Below are positions 62,327 through 64,000 of a DNA stretch of 64,000 nt, piece by piece (within the stretch, counting starts at the first letter, position 1; every line of letters begins with the position of its first letter). The position numbers were made by a program, and so were the translations under genes. The notes below the pieces were generated by a model, which saw only the letters and a program-made list of their open reading frames with translations, searched no databases and was not told the DNA's origin. Source of the DNA: Phoronis australis (taxonomy: Eukaryota; Animalia; Phoronida); the NCBI GenBank assembly GCA_002633005.1, contig NMRA01000189.1, positions 100,264 to 164,263 of the forward strand, written 5' to 3'.

Positions 62327-64000
62327 TTAACCTTAAGCTGACAGTGAGTCAACACCTTGTGTTGTTACACATAACTCGGCCATCTCTCATATAATTAGTC
62401 AAATAAAAGCAGAGACGATTGAGCATAAATGGCAGTGGTGCCTAGTATTGACTGGATTTCTCTTTTCAATAAACCATATTGCAAATTTGTCCTGTTAGAA
62501 CGCTCCAGGTAGCTAGCACCCGGACTCGGGGGTGTAGAAATTCCTGAGCAAACCGCAAGTCTTTGTTCCGCGTATGTCAGGTGAGAAGTTTGTTTTCATG
62601 TTCTCGCTCTTTTGGTGAACTCACGCCTACTCAAATCAGTGACAATATTGTTTCCAGTTTGTAGTCCCCGTAGTTACCAAGACTGCAACTCGGTCATGTT
62701 GTGTTGTGTATAAAAAAGAATCTGCAGCGTTATCTTAAACAATTTTCATCTTACAGTTGTCGGGATTTTGCCATGCATAAAAAAGAATCTATGTACTTTG
62801 GACTATTTTCAATCTTAATATTATGCTTATCAGGATTTACAGAATCAATAACAGGCGTGTTTGGATGGTCAGTTGTTATGACTACAGCGCTTCCTAATAA
62901 ACTTTACAGGAATCTCTTAACTAGAAGTGCATGCTGGGCTGATTATTGAATTTGATAAATAAAGCATGTTCTACTGTTCATTGAACGCGAGGTAACTGTT
63001 TGAAGTCTGGTCATAGTTTGAGTTCTGTTCTGCCCTTTGTAATGAATTTCCTCTACCAAGTCACCTGAAATTTAGTCTATCAGAATCGTAATTAAAATTC
63101 TAAAAGTGACAGAAAGTCTTTAATATTTTAACACAAAAATTTCACTTTAGTGACGTTATACTAGATAAAAATCAGCATTCGTTAATGCAACTTATAAGTG
63201 ATGTAGTTTTGCCGAGTTGCTCCAGTAACATGACTTAGACTGTAGGATCTAGAGTTGTGCTTACCGTAATATATTTATTTCTCAGAAGTGCTCATGTCCA
63301 CGCCCCTTGGCAACTTGCCCTAGAGCATCCACACTACGAAAGAGTGATTGATGGACAGTGTTCTTCCTTCTCACATGAGGGTTTAATGCAATGAAAATTT
63401 CAAGCATTTTTATTAATTCTTTGCAACCAATACACCAATCAAAGTGTCTCTGGTGTGCAGTGGAATAACATTACCATAAAGGTTCATTCAAAAATACCCA
63501 AGATGTAAAATGTCTGTGAAAGAACTTGCCGCTTTGTCGCTGATAACTCGGCCTTGCACAACAGAATTAGAATTAGGGTTGTGCGAAAGATGCATTCGTG
63601 CTCTTGCAGAACTAAAGAGTTGTATGCGCAAGGTTTCCTATTATGACTCTGCAAAAAAAACTCCTGGGTAGTTCATACATTTGACAATAATTATGGAGAT
63701 TGCGTTGAATTCAGTTGAACATTGGTGTTGCTAATTGGACTACCTATTGTAAATTCATTTAAAGCTAATAGAAATATCTCTAGAGGTATCACCAGTAATT
63801 TGTTTACTGTCTCTAACACCAGCTGATATCAGTTAGTATAATGAGTACATGTGCACTCAAAATGGAAGCGTGATCTAGTCCAGACTTGCTTCCAATGTCA
63901 GTGTCTTTATAAATGTCATAAAAATGACAAGGCGAAAGACAAATCTGACACTATACTTTTTCTCGTACTTAAAGATATGGATAATGATCTATAGTTTTAA

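Noticed and set aside
62650-62710. ttccag|FVVPVVTK as a candidate next synapsin exon
   Set aside because: No GHAHxG motif follows, and TIMP exon 1 would be expected before it.
59500-64000. Search for the TIMP first exon (signal peptide, CxC, HPQ); minus-strand donors near 61643 and 63263 considered
   Set aside because: The sequences preceding these donors do not encode TIMP N-terminal motifs; the exon is presumed to lie beyond the window.

Overview
AT-rich, intron-rich animal genomic DNA, not prokaryotic; most ORF-track entries are noise. It is probably from a heterozygous non-vertebrate draft assembly, with single-N joins flanked by near-identical duplicated segments. Three spliced genes can be read directly. 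(1) The last five coding exons (112-7073, +) of an NCS/calcineurin-B-like protein with degenerate EF-hands ending ...WFDALGTVF. (2) The 5' part of a synapsin gene (+, six coding exons 39527-45392; domains A, B and the first half of C). (3) A TIMP gene nested antisense (three exons, 59491 down to 56551) in the synapsin intron that follows ...PNHKEM, the classic Syn/Timp arrangement. TIMP exon 1 and the remaining synapsin exons were not found and probably lie beyond 64000. The rest is transposon-derived (pogo/Tc1 and Harbinger MITEs, Helentron/HINE-like elements, a tRNA-SINE, LINE relics) plus minisatellites. Best leads: a probable non-AUG (AUU) N-terminal extension of synapsin; a minisatellite that multiplies the TIMP GC splice donor 11-fold; a tensilin-like polybasic TIMP tail; an alternative TIMP acceptor in another reading frame; tandem in-frame synapsin donors; a polymorphic MITE visible as both filled and empty sites; and a ~330-nt G.U-rich hairpin in the nested-gene intron. 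Family comparisons are from memory and were not run as searches.
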